Notes: generated from the sequence alone by a model not told the origin. DNA of 64,000 bases from Leucoraja erinacea (GCF_028641065.1 NC_073380.1:91574001-91638000); one strand, 5' to 3'. Counted from the first letter of the stretch, positions 1 to 12,684 are shown. Made by a program: numbers and translations.

Positions 1-299
1 CTCCTTCTCTCCCCTTCTCTCCGTGCTCTCTAAAGGACTTACCGTACACTGTGCAGCCGTCTTTTACCGTCCTCTTCATTGCGGGTGTGAATTTCAGACA
101 GCGCTCCCCCGCTTTCCCTGGACCCCGCCTTTGCGATGTGTTTGTGTGTTTGTGTGTGTGCAGTCGGTCGACCCAGCTCGCGGTTTCATCGCTGACGGTC
201 GATCCAGCTCGAGGTTTTTCAGGCGAGTGCCCTCAAGCTTGAAGGTCGAAGACGCTCTTCTGTACTCGCCGATTAGGTCGCTGCAGTGGGACAGCCCTT
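1..299 (-). mobile_element. PIF/Harbinger-like non-autonomous DNA transposon (MITE), partial, runs off window start
   Basis: Ends in CAGTGGGACAGCCCT (TIR-like). Internal blocks GACTTACCGTACACTG and GTGAATTTCAGACAGCGCTCCCC are reverse complements of sequence in the TIR-bounded element at 58930-59690. Confidence 0.7.
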
Positions 300-587
300 T
301 GAAGGGCCAAACTGTATGACTCTCTATGAAAATCTCAGTCACTCTTTACTCCTGAGGCTGCCAAACCAGGTAGAACTCTCTCTGAAAATAACTGAAAATT
401 CAAAATTCCTCCATAACTTCTCCCATGACTTCGCCCAAATACTCCACGATCTCTGCATTCTTTAAATTCTGTCCTTTCTTGTTCTCTGTTTAACATTCTC
501 TCACTCTCAGGAACTGAACCTATTTTTCACCCTAAACCCATTTTGGAACTCTAGAATGCTGTCCCTAAATCTCTATCCCTTTCCTAC

Positions 588-1036
588 TAAGTTACAGAGA
601 TAGGTTGAATAAGTTAGGTCTTTATTCTCTGGAGCGCAGAAGGTTAAGGGGGGACTTGATAGAGGTCTTTAAAATGATGAGAGGGATAGACAGAGTTGAT
701 GTGGACAAGCTTTTCCCTTTGAGAATAGGGAAGATTCAAATGAGAGGACATGACTTCAGAATTAAGGGACAGAAGTTTAGGCGTAATATGAGGGGGAACT
801 TCTTTACTCAGAGAGTAGAAGCGGTGTGGAATGAGCTTCCAGTGGAAGTGGTGGAGGCAGGCTCATTGGTATCATTTAAAAATAAATTGGATAGGCATAT
901 GGATGAGAAGGGAATGGAGGGTTATGGTATGAGTGCAGGCAGGTGGGACTAAGGGAAAAAAAGTTGTTCGGCACGGACTTGTAGGGCCGAGATGGCCTGT
1001 TTCCGTGCTGTAATTGTTATATGGTTATATGGTTAT
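588..1036 (+). mobile_element. CR1/HER1-like LINE, 5'-truncated 3' end (family A, TTATATGG tail)
   Basis: ORF 605..952 LGLYSLERRRLRGDLIEVFK...FFTQRV..WNELP is the CR1 ORF2 C-terminus; microsatellite tail ttatatggttatatgg. Confidence 0.9.
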
Positions 1037-1339
1037 ACTTTAAGACTTTTGTAAGCCTAACTTTAACCAAGAACTTGGTAACGTCAATCCGTTTTTTATT
1101 AAGGTGTCAATTTTTTTCTGTTCGCACATTCTCTTGATTTGGGACATCTAAGATGTTAAAGACAAATGTAAAGACATAATATAAATGCAAAGAGTTTTAA
1201 TGTTGCTTTCATGCAATTTGACTTAATTGGTTGCAATCTTCTCTCAGTACATTAACTTGAGACCAACGTCATGGCTTAAAAATTTAGCATCAAGCAATAA
1301 CTAAATTCTAACTTTGTAAACTAATCAGTTGGAGACATA

Positions 1340-1512
1340 AGTGATTGTAGATGCTGGAATCTTGAACAAAGTAGCAAATTGCTGGAGGAACTCAGTGGGT
1401 CAGGTAGCATCTTTGGAGGGTCTGAAGAAGGATCTCGACCTGCAACGTCATCTGTCAATTTCCCTCCAAAAATGTTGCATGACTTGCTGAATTCCTCTCG
1501 CAGTTTGTCTTT
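1340..1512. mobile_element. Penelope-derived palindromic short element with degenerate hammerhead motif
   Basis: gctggaggaactcagtgggtcaggtagcat ... inverted atgttgcatgacttgctgaattcctc; centre CTGAAGAAGGATCTCGACCTGCAACGTC at 1422-1449. Confidence 0.7.
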
Positions 1513-2229
1513 TGAAACTGACTCCATGTTAACTCTCCCTCAACCCACATATTAATACCAATCCCAGATTTTCATCAGTTTCCCTTGGATTCTATCACTT
1601 ACCTACATAAGGCTATTCGGCCCGTCAAGTTTGCTCTGCCATTGGATCATGGCTGATCGATTTTTCCTTTTAAACCCCATTCTCTTGCCTTCTCCCTGTG
1701 ACCCCTTGACGCTCTTTACTAGGGGAAATTTACAGTAGCCTATTAACCCACCATTCAGTATGTCTTGGTGATGTGGGAGGAAACATACATAGTGAGAGCG
1801 TGCAAACTCCACACAGACTGCACCTGAGATCAGAATGAACGCAGGTCTCTGATGCTGTGAGACAGTAGCTCTATCAGCTACCCCACTGTGCCTCTACACT
1901 TGTAAGACAAAGCAGACTCTGACATCAGTGATGAGTCATTGCTGTCGCATGCATTGTATGGAAATCCTAGTGATGGCGGTGGAAGGAGTGGAGGTGACGT
2001 GGGTTGCCTCTGAAACTGCCAAATAAAAGTTGCCAGCGAGCCTCCCCAGTTGCCAATGCTTTCAAAGGACTTGAATGTTTCTGACATTCAAGTCATTTAA
2101 AAATTGTTTCCTTTTAAGAGGATCAGGTTATCACAAAATGTAATAAGAATAAATCTTCACACATTTTAAAATATAGAAATAAAACAAAATCTCCAACTAC
2201 TTGCATTTATTTGCCTTATTGGGTCATGG

Positions 2230-2830
2230 TGCCCCCCCACCTACTGCATCCAACCCTCTTCATCCTTACCCTTTCCTCATCTCTACCCCAAACACAAATT
2301 TATCCAAACCCATCTGATCCTCTCCACCACATCTCCAAACCGGCACCCCCTTCCCATCCCCAACCCAAACTTCCCTACCTCATCTATCCTTCTTCACTCC
2401 CATCCATCCCTCTCTGCACCCCTAACCAATACCTCTCTAACTCCACCTGTTCCGCTCCACCACTTCTCCAAGCCATCCCTCTACCTATCCCCCAAATCAA
2501 ACCTTTCCACCACACCCATCCCTTTCCACCCTATCTATCCTTCTCCACTACCCCCAACACAACCCTCACCGCCCCTCTCTATCGTACCCCCACCCATTCC
2601 TTCTTCCACCCCTGCCCATGTTTCTCCAGCATTTCCCAGCCATCCCTCTCCACCCCTACCTATACCTCCCTTCTACTCCCAATGCAAAGCTCACCATGCC
2701 TTTCCACCATACCCCACCCATCCCCCATAACCGCCTTCCTCATCCATCCTTCACCACCTCCTACCTCATTCCTCATGCATCGTTCTCCACCACCTCCCCC
2801 ACCCATCCCTCTCCATCATCTCCCCCGTGC
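2230..2830. repeat. C-rich low-complexity tract (G-rich on minus strand)
   Basis: About 600 bp of CCA/CCT/CATCC-rich sequence; explains the Pro/Ser/His-rich ORF 2211..2972. Confidence 0.75.
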
Positions 2831-5084
2831 CAGATCTAAACAGTCAGGAGAAGACCTGGAGATTTCCCATAACTCTCTGCTAATCCTCTGCCTCCATAAT
2901 GAAATGCCAGTGGACAGTTGCCAGGAAGTTCAACAGTTGTGTTTTTGCATGCACTTTGCATGGGAGTCGTGAGCCCCAGGCACTTCAAGATGAATGACGC
3001 CACTTCTCTCCAAGAGCATAGGACAAGGACCAGGATATAATACTGATGGCTGAAGGTGGTTAAAGATATGGGACACATTGAGGCAGGGATCCTTGGACAC
3101 CCTTTCAATAGAACAATATTTGCTTTTATTCATTAATATGGGGTGTGCAAATTTCCCCTTGTCCTTCATCACCCACCCTTCCCTGGAACAGTGCAATAAG
3201 GTACACATGTCCAAAGACCAATGCTCATTTTCAGATTTGCTAACATTGCAGGGTCACAAAGAATCATAATAAAGTTTTTGCCATGCGAGTGATGCAGAAC
3301 TGGCTTTGTGTGGGGTTTCCAGCCCCAGGTGAGCATAGCATAATCCACGGAATCTTTTCCAGGTTGTTCCTAGTTTACGGGACAATATTTATCTACCACT
3401 TAACATCATAATTCAGATTTGCTATCACGTTGCTGTCTGAGGGAGTTTGCGGTGCACAAATTACCTCCTGCTTAACAGGCCTGTAAAAGCTATACACACA
3501 TATAATAAATAATAATTGAAATAAAATTAAATAAATTAATAAACGTAATACTAGTGCAAAAAAACCCGTTATTGCAACCAAAGAGAGTCCATTGAGGCTA
3601 GTTTTGTATAGTTAAGAGTCTGCTAGTTGTTGGGAGGAAGCTGTCGAACCCAGTAATTAAGGTTTTTGGACTCATGTACCTTCTTTCCAATGGTAGGAGT
3701 GAAATGAAAGCTTGGCCATGTAGTGTAGATGGAATTCTCTGCCACAGAAGGCAGTGGAGGCCAATTTACTGGATGTTTTCAAGAGAGTGTTAGATATAGC
3801 TCTTGAGACAAACAAGACCAATTCTTAATGAGTTGGTCCCCATTCATTGGTTTCTTGGATTCATGTGGTGACATAGTATCATGAAAACTAAAAGCTTCAG
3901 GTATGGGTGAAAGATGATTCAGAATATTTAAAAAATCATCTCCTTGTGGCGACTGGACAATCTCCCTCCTGCTTGCCTTCTTCACTTATTCCTTTTTTTC
4001 ACTTTTTCTTTATCTGTTTTTCACTCACGTTCACTAGTCTGTCTTTCACCTTTCATAACCTTTCCTCTCTCTTTTCTTACTTCTCTCTTTAAAAAAAAAA
4101 GGAATTTGTACAGAGCATGTAATATGTTAACGTAATTTGTGTACCAATGTATTGTACTTACTTCTAACAAATAAATAAATAAATAAACAAATAAATAAAT
4201 AAATAAATAGATAGATAAATAGATAAATAAAGATATGGCTCTTTGGGCTAACAGAATCAAGGAAAAAACAGAGAAAGCAGGAACGGGGTACTGATTTTGG
4301 ATGATCAGCCATGATCATATTGAATGGCGGTGCTGGCTTGAAGGGCCAAATGGCCTACGCCTGCATCTATTTTATATGTTTCTATGTCTTTGATGATATT
4401 GACTACCTTTTAGAAACCATGCCCCCTGTAGCTCCCTTCAGTACCTGTGATGAGTCAGGCAGTGTCTACCACTCTGTAACCTTCTTGTTAGGCCTTTTTT
4501 ACAATCACTAAACAAACTTTAATGATAAAGTCACAAAGAATTGAAGCAATGGAGTGGTGAGGCCAGCATTTTTATGTGTGCTCATCGGTAATTTAATTCT
4601 CTTGGTCATGCTGTGCCATGAAGCCCTGAATCTGCTTGGAACATGGAACTGTGGGAACCAAGCCTGTTCTACTTGTTTTTATAACTCTTACATGATCGAA
4701 TGCATCTGTATCTGTAACATACTGTGGGCCAAACCAGTCTGGAGAATGTTGTTAACTTTGTGGTCTCGATGATAGTATAAGTTCATTAATATCAATAACT
4801 ATATCGGATCATGGACTGTTGTTGGTGAAGGAGGCAGATGGGGTGATGAAGAAGGGGCTTGCCATGCATGGTCGCAGTACTGAGTACATGAGTTGGGATG
4901 TCAGTTAAAGCTGTACCGGATGTTGGTAAGACCACATTTTGAGTTTGTTCTAAATCTCTCCACATAAGTTTATCTCTCATTTCCCATTCCCCTGCCACTC
5001 AGTCTGAAGAAGGGTCTTGACCCAAAACGTCACCTATTCCTTTTCTCCAGTGATACTGTCTCTCCAGGCTTTTGTGTCTATCTT

Positions 5085-5580
5085 TGGAGTAATGTGTGCA
5101 ACTTTGGTTGCCGTGCTATAGCAAGGATGTTATTAAGCCGGAAAGGGTGCAGGGCAGATTTGGCAGCCTGTTACTAGAGCTTGGGGGCTAGTGTTATAAA
5201 GAGAGGGCGAATGAATTGGGACGTTTTTCCCTGGAGTGTAGGTGGGTAAGTAGTGATTTTATACAGGTATGTAAAAATACGAGGGGCATTGATAAAGTGA
5301 ATGGTCAAAGTCTATTTCCCAGGGTAGAGGAGTCCAGAACTAGAGGCCAGAGGTTTAAGTTGAGAGGGAAAAATTAAAAAGAGATGTGAGAGGCATGGGG
5401 ATCAAACTGCTAGTGTAGAGGTGGGAGCAACAACAACATTTAATAGACAGTTAGACAATTGGAAGTCGGGGAAAGGTTTAGAGAGATACAGTATGGGTGA
5501 ATTGGAGGCAAATGGGACTAGCGCAGTTGTAAAACCTGGTCGGCATGGATGAGTTTGGCTGAAGAGACTGTTCCCGTGGT
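5085..5580 (+). mobile_element. Old degenerate CR1-like LINE 3' fragment
   Basis: Residual motifs actttggttgccgtgctatagcaaggatgtt, aactagaggccagaggtttaag, ggcaaatgggactag; frameshifted. Confidence 0.7.
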
Positions 5581-6567
5581 CAGCACAGGGAGTCTGTCAC
5601 CTATCAGTTCGATGAGGCTGCTGTGTGCTTTGTTGGTTTTAATATTACATACACTCTGCACTGTTGCTAGTGACTCAGAAGTGAAAGTGTGGGTAGAATG
5701 AACATTTTAATTCCCAATGTACTGAACGGAGAATATTCTTCTGTGCCATCCCTTGCGGTACATTCGATTGTCACAATCACATTACATATCACACTGTTCA
5801 TTGTGCACTATGCACGCTCCAGGGCAGAAAGTCAAGTCGGAGGCAAACTGCTCAGTATACATTATATACAACGGCAAGTGGATGTTGCTGAGTGCGAAGC
5901 TGCAATTCAATCATGGGTCGATCTGCTGATGTTTCTAACCTGTTTGAGCTTTGCCCTGGTGGTTTATGATCTGATCAGAACCCATTGATTGAATTAAAGG
6001 CTTGCAAAAGCCCCACCAGCTATCCATTACCCTATGTGTAATTTATTGAGAGAGATAGCAGGGAGGCGGGGAGGGGGGTCGCATTAGCTGCAAGGAATTG
6101 CATTATGCCGCTTTTAAAAAGCAATGACCAGCCCCTACTGCTCTGCTTGTCACAACTGAGGCTCTAATAGCAGGTTTTTGTATGCGAGATGAACTCGGCT
6201 CCATGAATGATGTCCAGGATTATGCTTAAATATAGGTTTGAGGGTCGAGTTCACCGACGCTTGGGTCTAGTAATTTGTGGGATCGGAAAAGGAGCCTGTA
6301 GTTAACGTCTTCAGAGTGTGGGTTAGAGTTGCCTGTTCAGATACGGTTAGGAACCTTGAGCTTCAGTGACAACCAGCCAATAAAGTTGAATCATCTAGAT
6401 CCCTGGCAAATGATCATATTTGCACACATTATTTTTATGGTTAATTACATGCAATACCCAAAAATATTTATTATTTTTATGCACTCCCAAACGTTTATTT
6501 GCTCGAAGCAAAACTTGGGTCCGCATGAGGAAGAGGGAGCAGAGTAAAAAGAAGTTATTGCTGAACG

Positions 6568-6886
6568 GACTTTAGACTTTTAGACTTTAGAGATACAGCG
6601 TGGAAAAAGTCCCATTGGCCCACCGAGTCTGCACCGACCAGCGATTACCCTGTACACTAGCACTAGCGTACGCTGCCCTACACACTAGGGACAATTTACA
6701 GAAGCCAATGAACATACGAACCTGTATGTCTTGGAGTGTGGGCGGAAACAGCAGCACATGGTGAAAACCCACGTAGTCACAGGGCGAACGTACAAACTCT
6801 GCACAGACGGCATCCATGGTCAGGATCGAACCCAGGTCTCTGGTGCTGCAAGGCAGCAACTTTACCACTGCGCCACTGTGCTGCCC
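6568..6886 (-). mobile_element. tRNA-derived SINE (HE1/V-SINE-like)
   Basis: Minus-strand head GCACAGTGGCGCAGTGGTAAAG (A box) and GGTTCGATCC (B box), V-domain-like body, CR1-like tail ending in (TCTAAAG)n. Confidence 0.85.
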
Positions 6887-6994
6887 TTAATCGCGTAGAT
6901 GTGCTCCCTTGTGTACTGGAAGCCAACATATAGACCACCAGCCTTCCAAACCCTCCACTCCTGACCTTCTTTGAGAATTACTGGTTACAAAACT

Positions 6995-7170
6995 GCAGGG
7001 CCGGAGATTCAGGTTCGATCCCGACTACGGGCGCTGTCTGTACGGAGTTTGTACGTTCTCCCTGTGACCTGCGTGGGTTTTCGCCGAGATCTTCGGTTTC
7101 CTCACACATTCCAAAGACGTACAGGTTTGTAGGTTAACTGGCTTGATAAATGTAAAAATTGTCCAGTATA
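6995..7170 (+). mobile_element. tRNA-derived SINE fragment (HE1/V-SINE-like)
   Basis: GGTTCGATCCCGACTACGGGCGCTGTCTGTACGGAGTTTGTACG body shared with the other copies. Confidence 0.8.
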
Positions 7171-7371
7171 AAATTGTCCAACTTTCAGTAGAGTCCCTGG
7201 TGGAAGGTACAATTGCTTCACCATTAGTGAGCAGGCCTTCAGTTTCCTGGTGCTTAAATTCTGTGAAGTTCTTTCCCTCTCCTCTATTTTATTGATACCT
7301 TCCAGAGGGAAGAATCCTGACATTCAATCGCTGAATAAAATGATAAATTTGCCTTAAATACTCTACTTTGC

Positions 7372-7772
7372 CTGCCCCCATGAGTCTCGGTCAGATGGGC
7401 TCGTCAGCCTGGGAGGGCAGTCCATCTAGGAGAGGGAAAACTCTGATTTAAAACCTCCACTGCCTTGTGGCCATATCCAATCATGGAAAAAGCTCCTGGA
7501 GTAAAACTCAAGAAAATCCGGAGTGGGAGCCCCTAAGGCAGTTCGTCGTTGTCTACAACCTCGCTCTGGCAGCTCCTGCGACAGCGCTGGTACCAAACTG
7601 TAATGGCCCTGCTGTTCCTTTGGATCGATCAGCGATGTGGAGAGGGGGACGTGCTGCATGGGCAACAGTCTGTCCTCCATATGACATCGCCCAGGCTTGC
7701 ATCCGACTACACATCACCTGCAAACTAGGATGCATCACAACATGGTGAGTCATGACCGAGGGGGGTCTACTC
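7372..7772 (+). mobile_element. Non-autonomous retroelement with Ceph-domain / RTE 5'UTR-like sequence, TSD-flanked
   Basis: 11-bp direct repeat CTCTACTTTGC at 7361-7371 and 7773-7783. Internal GGCAGTCCATCTAGGAGAGGGAAAACTCTGATTTAAAACC resembles the Ceph domain as I recall it. Confidence 0.65.
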
Positions 7773-10700
7773 CTCTACTTTGCGCAGGGGAAGAGGTAAA
7801 ACTAACAGTAACTTGCATTTAAGTAGACATTGGCAATGTGTTCACACAGCTCAAAATGTTTTCCTGAAACATTGTCAGACAAAATATGTTATTGATTCAA
7901 ATAAGGAGAATTTGGGACAAGTGACAATTGCTTGGCGAAAGATTTATCCATTAAAGAGCAACATAATGGAGGTGAAAAATAACAAGACAGTTTCAGGAAG
8001 AAAGGTCCAGAGCTCCGATATTCAGTAGCTAAAGGACATCTGCTAATGAAGGAGTGATGGAAATCGGTATGCGTCAAAGTTGATGGATCGGTGGGTAGTA
8101 ATCACGATGACTCTGGTCTGAAGAAAAATCCCCACCCAAAATGCCGTCTGCCCATTTCCCTCCACACATGCTGCCTGACCCACTGAGTTCCACCAGCAAT
8201 TTTTCATGCATTTGCATTCTATTGGGCCTGCATCTAATTGATGATTGGTGCAGGCTACCACGGATTCAGACCAGGTTTATTATGTACTAAGATAGACACA
8301 AAATGCAGGAGTGGCTCAGCAGGACAGGCAGCATCTCTGGAGAGAAGGAATGGGTGACGTTTTGGGTTGAGGCTCTTCTTCAGACTTCACTGTGCTTACT
8401 ATGTTCGATTTACCCAGTTGCGTTACACAGCCCAGTTTGCCAGGGCTACCAACAAACCTTCCTTACAGAAGGATTGATGTTCACACTGCCAACTGCCTGC
8501 TCTGCTTGCTTCCAGCTTGCTTGTGCAACACACAACACACACACACACACACACACGTAACTGAAGTAGCACAAGAGGCGCCAGATAGCTGCAATCATAA
8601 ATTGGAATGGAAACTCTTATCAAATCAAGGTTGAGATGAGCTAGATTATGAGTCCGTTTACGGGCCAACTATTTTTAATTGGATTGATTGAGGAAATTGC
8701 AATATCTTTTGATGACATTTATAAATTGCAATAGTAGTTATCAGTTCTCCTGCTTTCAAAGAGAAGAGATTTAAGTTTCTGCCCTTTTACCCACAGTATG
8801 CACATGTTAAAGCCTCAGTACATTTGAATACAAATCGTAAATATTTTTCAATGCAAAACTTAAGTAATTTATTTAGCAACACACAACATCCTGGATGAAA
8901 ATCTCATTTGCTTTTTAGGTAATTGAACTTCTAGGCAAGAAATGGACAATTTTAATTTTTTGGATCATTTTCAAAGATTAATTAAAAAAGCACAAAGTGG
9001 GTGCAATTATCATTTCGGTACATTTTAAATTTGGGATTAGGTAATGGCAGTATATGGTAATCTGAATTCTTTCTGTTGTGATTCAGAGAAACTCTGATCT
9101 GGGAAATGAAAGACCAAACATCTTTCCATCAATAGCGCCTTTAAAATCATTCCTCTCCTGGCAGGGGAAATGTCAAATAACACAGATTGCATGGTCTGTG
9201 TTTGGCCTTGTCAATGCCAGCAGAGGTTCAACATAAGGTCCAGGAACAATAAAAGGTGGCAGAGCAATGGGAAAATTCAATAGATCCGCCCAACAACATT
9301 GCAAAACGCTTGCATTGGCACAAAGACCAAAACGATTTGGGGAAGAGGGAAGGAGGCAAATTGATTTTAATTTATGATCGTCACCACAAAGTGAGAAAGA
9401 AAATGCTCCTCCAAACATTGTTGGAGCAAATGTATTTCCTGGGAAAATGCGTGGGAGGTTATCTTCCACATCTTCCGAGGATGTTGGATACTGCGAGCGC
9501 AGCTGTGCCAGTGTGGAAAATCTGGAGAGCTGATTTCGGGAGCAGCCGCGACTTAGCACAACGCGTCAGGAAGCAATGCTCTTGTGCTGAAATGTCCGTG
9601 TGATGATGACAGATTGGCGTGGAGCGACTCTGCCAGGGTGCCTGCAAGAGAGGTGCAGGTGGATGTGGTGGAGGGTGTTGATGGACTGTCTCTCCAGCGG
9701 GAAGCTGAGATCTCTCTCGCAGCCATGGCAAAGAAAAAAAAAAAAATTAAATGGGCTTGAAAGAGCAATTTCAGACCCAGATCAGAATGTACTAGGGGCT
9801 GATGCTGCTGCACTCAATCAGAAATGTACAAGGACAATAGGCACAACTCCAGAACTATTATCACATTGCAGTGGGTGCTAAGAAAGAGCTATTAAAACAC
9901 ATCAGTACACCTTCTGTCTGACAGACGCCACATTTTGCCTTCGTTCTCTTCCAATTGGCAGAGGGAATGAATTAGACTGACTTGTGAAAGTAGTTCAGTA
10001 AGCCTAGATAAGGAGAAAGCATGGTGGGGGGAGGGTGCCACAGAGTAGAAGATCAAATAGGCTGCTACGGTGGAATAAGATTTATAGCTTTTTATTTTTT
10101 GGTGGCTTTTTCGGGAATTTTTGCGGGCTTCATCCGGCGTTGTTCCTGCAGGATCACTGTGGCATCACTGTGCCACTGATAGCGTATTCCACTTATCAAC
10201 GGTCCTACAGGGTAGCTGAAATTAAAAATTATGAGAAGCAATTGTAATTTTAGCTGTCTGAAAAACTGATGGGATCAATGGAAAAATTACTTTTACATCC
10301 AATTTTAATCTTTGGAAAGAAGTGATTAAAAAAATAATAGCCATTTGCCTCCCCCCCCCAATAGCTCTATTGTTCAAAAGGATTGTGGCTGCTCTTAGCC
10401 TCACTCTTCATTCCTTCCTGTTCACATACCCCTTTCAAATAATTAATATGTCTACTGATGGTGCCACAGCTCACTGGAGTAAAGAATTCCAAAGATTCAT
10501 GACAATTCAAGGGAGAAGTTCCTCCTCATCTCCTGTTAATTTGAATCTGTCCCATTTTCCTAGATTTTCCCAGGAAGGAAGACATCTTCGTTATGCCAAC
10601 ACAGAGGAATATTGGTCTGTGTATAAAAACACCAGTGTTTTGGACTCCCAGACAACTGGTTGGATTTCATTCTCCCTTATTGTATATCTAGTGGGGCCAA

Positions 10701-11074
10701 TCCTTCTCCCTCCCTGTACTTTCCTCCACAAATCAAACACCTAGAAAAACTTTGCACATATATGCAGGAAAGGAAAACATTGAATTTCCAGAACCCTACA
10801 TGAAATCCCCAACTCAATGTGCAGACAGATGCAATCCAAGACATCCACGCTGATACTCTGTACCCTCTCTACCAGTGGTGTAAAATAACAAATTTGGTCT
10901 TGTCACAGCATATGGTCAGGTATTTGGCACTATGTTTTGGCTGTACTAACAAAATGCCCAACCTAATCAAAATTTGAACAATTGCCATTTGAACAAGGGC
11001 GAGTCTCAGAGCTCAGTCTTCTCACACGCACTGTCTCTAATTTTACCCAGGTCATTGATCACCCATTTTAAAGA

Positions 11075-11169
11075 AGTCTGATGAAGGGTCTCGACCCGAA
11101 ACGTCGCCTATTTCCTTCGCTCCATGGATGCTGCTTCACCCGCTGAGTTTTCCCAGCATTTTTGTCTAC
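11075..11169 (+). mobile_element. 95-bp solo Penelope-like pLTR with hammerhead motif
   Basis: Flanked by CACCCATTTT(A/G)AAGA direct repeats (11060-11074, 11170-11184); begins AGT-CTGATGA. Confidence 0.8.
11078..11105 (+). ncRNA. Minimal type I hammerhead ribozyme motif (Penelope type)
   Basis: CUGAUGA-A-GGGUC-UC-GACCC-GAAA-CGUC: both core boxes intact, stem II, palindromic ACGU stem III, GUC cleavage triplet. Stem I is weak in this copy. Confidence 0.7.
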
Positions 11170-11499
11170 CACCCATTTTGAAGAGATGAGCTTAACTAGA
11201 TTAGTTACTTCACTCATGTCACTCATTCCTTGGTTCGTCTGCCACTTCTTCTTGAGGGTGTCCAACCAATCAAAGGCAAAACTCCATTTCAGTGATGACA
11301 GCACAGAGACACAGTTAACTGAAGCTACTGCCTCACAGCTCCAGTGACCTGCCTTCAATCTTGCCTCTAGTGCCATCTGTGTAGTGTTTGTAATTCTCCT
11401 TATAACCATGGTGCTCATTTTCCTCTCACCACCTGAAATCACATGGGCGGATAACATTAATTGGCCATGTTGCATTGCCCCTGGTCTGAGAATAATAGA

Positions 11500-11960
11500 G
11501 TCGTAGTTATTCAGCATGGAAACAGGCCCTTCGGCCAAACATTCCCACGCCAACCAACATACCCCATCCACACTAGTCCTGCCTGCCTGAATTTGGCCCA
11601 CATCCCACTAAACCTAGCTTATCCATGTACCTGTTTGTTAAAAGCTGTCATAGCACCTGCCTCAGCTACCTCCTCTGACAGCTCGTTCCATATACCTAAC
11701 ATTCATTGTGTAAAAAAGTTGCTCCTCGGGTTCCTATTAAATCTCCCCCCCACCCCTCACTTTAAACCTGTCCTGTGGTTCTTGATTCTCTTACTTTGGG
11801 TAAAAGACTCTGTTCATGCAAACAAAATCGTTTTTTGTTTGCATCGTTGCTATAACATGGCGGCCAAAACGGAACACAATACTCTAAATGCGGCCTCATC
11901 AAAGTCTTGTCCAACTGCAACATGACCTTCAAACTTCTATACTCAATGCTCTGACTGATG
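11500..11960 (-). mobile_element. Degenerate CR1-like LINE 3' fragment
   Basis: Reverse complement of CR1 tail (gggcctgtttccatgctg) and ORF2 remnants (tattgagtatagaag). Confidence 0.7.
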
Positions 11961-12140
11961 TAAATGGGATTAGTGTTGGATTGCAGTAAAAGGTTGCTTC
12001 ACGGCCAGAACAGCCCCTGTGGACTGAAAGCCTGTGTCTGTACTATGCCGCTATTACGTCTAGCATCTCTCCCTTCTAGAGTAGAGAATTTGAAGGGAGG
12101 GAGTAAATTAATCTTTTCTCTTCCTATTCTATTGTGAAAT

Positions 12141-12248
12141 TAAAACATGTACTTACTTTATACAAGATTCAATTTATTTGTCTTTTTTTACAAAAGAAAA
12201 AAAAAAGACAAATAAATTGAATCTTGTATAAAGTAAGTACATGTTTTA
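12141..12248. repeat. Perfect 49-bp inverted repeat with 10-nt spacer
   Basis: 12141-12189 TAAAACATGTACTTACTTTATACAAGATTCAATTTATTTGTCTTTTTTT is the exact reverse complement of 12200-12248. Confidence 0.95.
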
Positions 12249-12684
12249 TCAGGCATACAAACCTTTAAAACACCTCTGATAGCAAATTGTTAATTAGTAA
12301 ATAAATTACAGCAGAGAGTGCTGCTCGTGTTGGTCATGGGGACCATACCATTCATTTATTATTCACTTCAAGGGCTTTAGTAACACTGGCAATACTAGCA
12401 TTAAATGCCCATCCTGAACTTCCTTCAAGTGTAGTGGTTTCCTGCTCTGCTTCAGGGTTAACGGTTAATCATGTTGCTCGGGTCAAGAATCACAAAGACC
12501 AAAGCAGGTTATAGCATAACATCTTCTTCCCTAAAGGCCACTAGCCGTTAAATGACAATGCTGGAGTCACCATTACAAGATTCAGGTTACAATTAGTTTA
12601 TTGTCATATACACCAGGGCACAATGAAATTATTTTGTTTGCATGAAGCTCATTGAGTAAATAGTATACACGGCTACGTGTATAA

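Noticed and set aside
2211-2972. 253-aa Pro/Ser-rich ORF
   Set aside because: Product of a C-rich low-complexity tract lacking stop codons; TTG start and no domain.
7372-7450. HDV-like ribozyme at the 5' end of the Ceph/RTE-like element
   Set aside because: Only simple stems found; I could not assign P1/P3/L3/J4-2.
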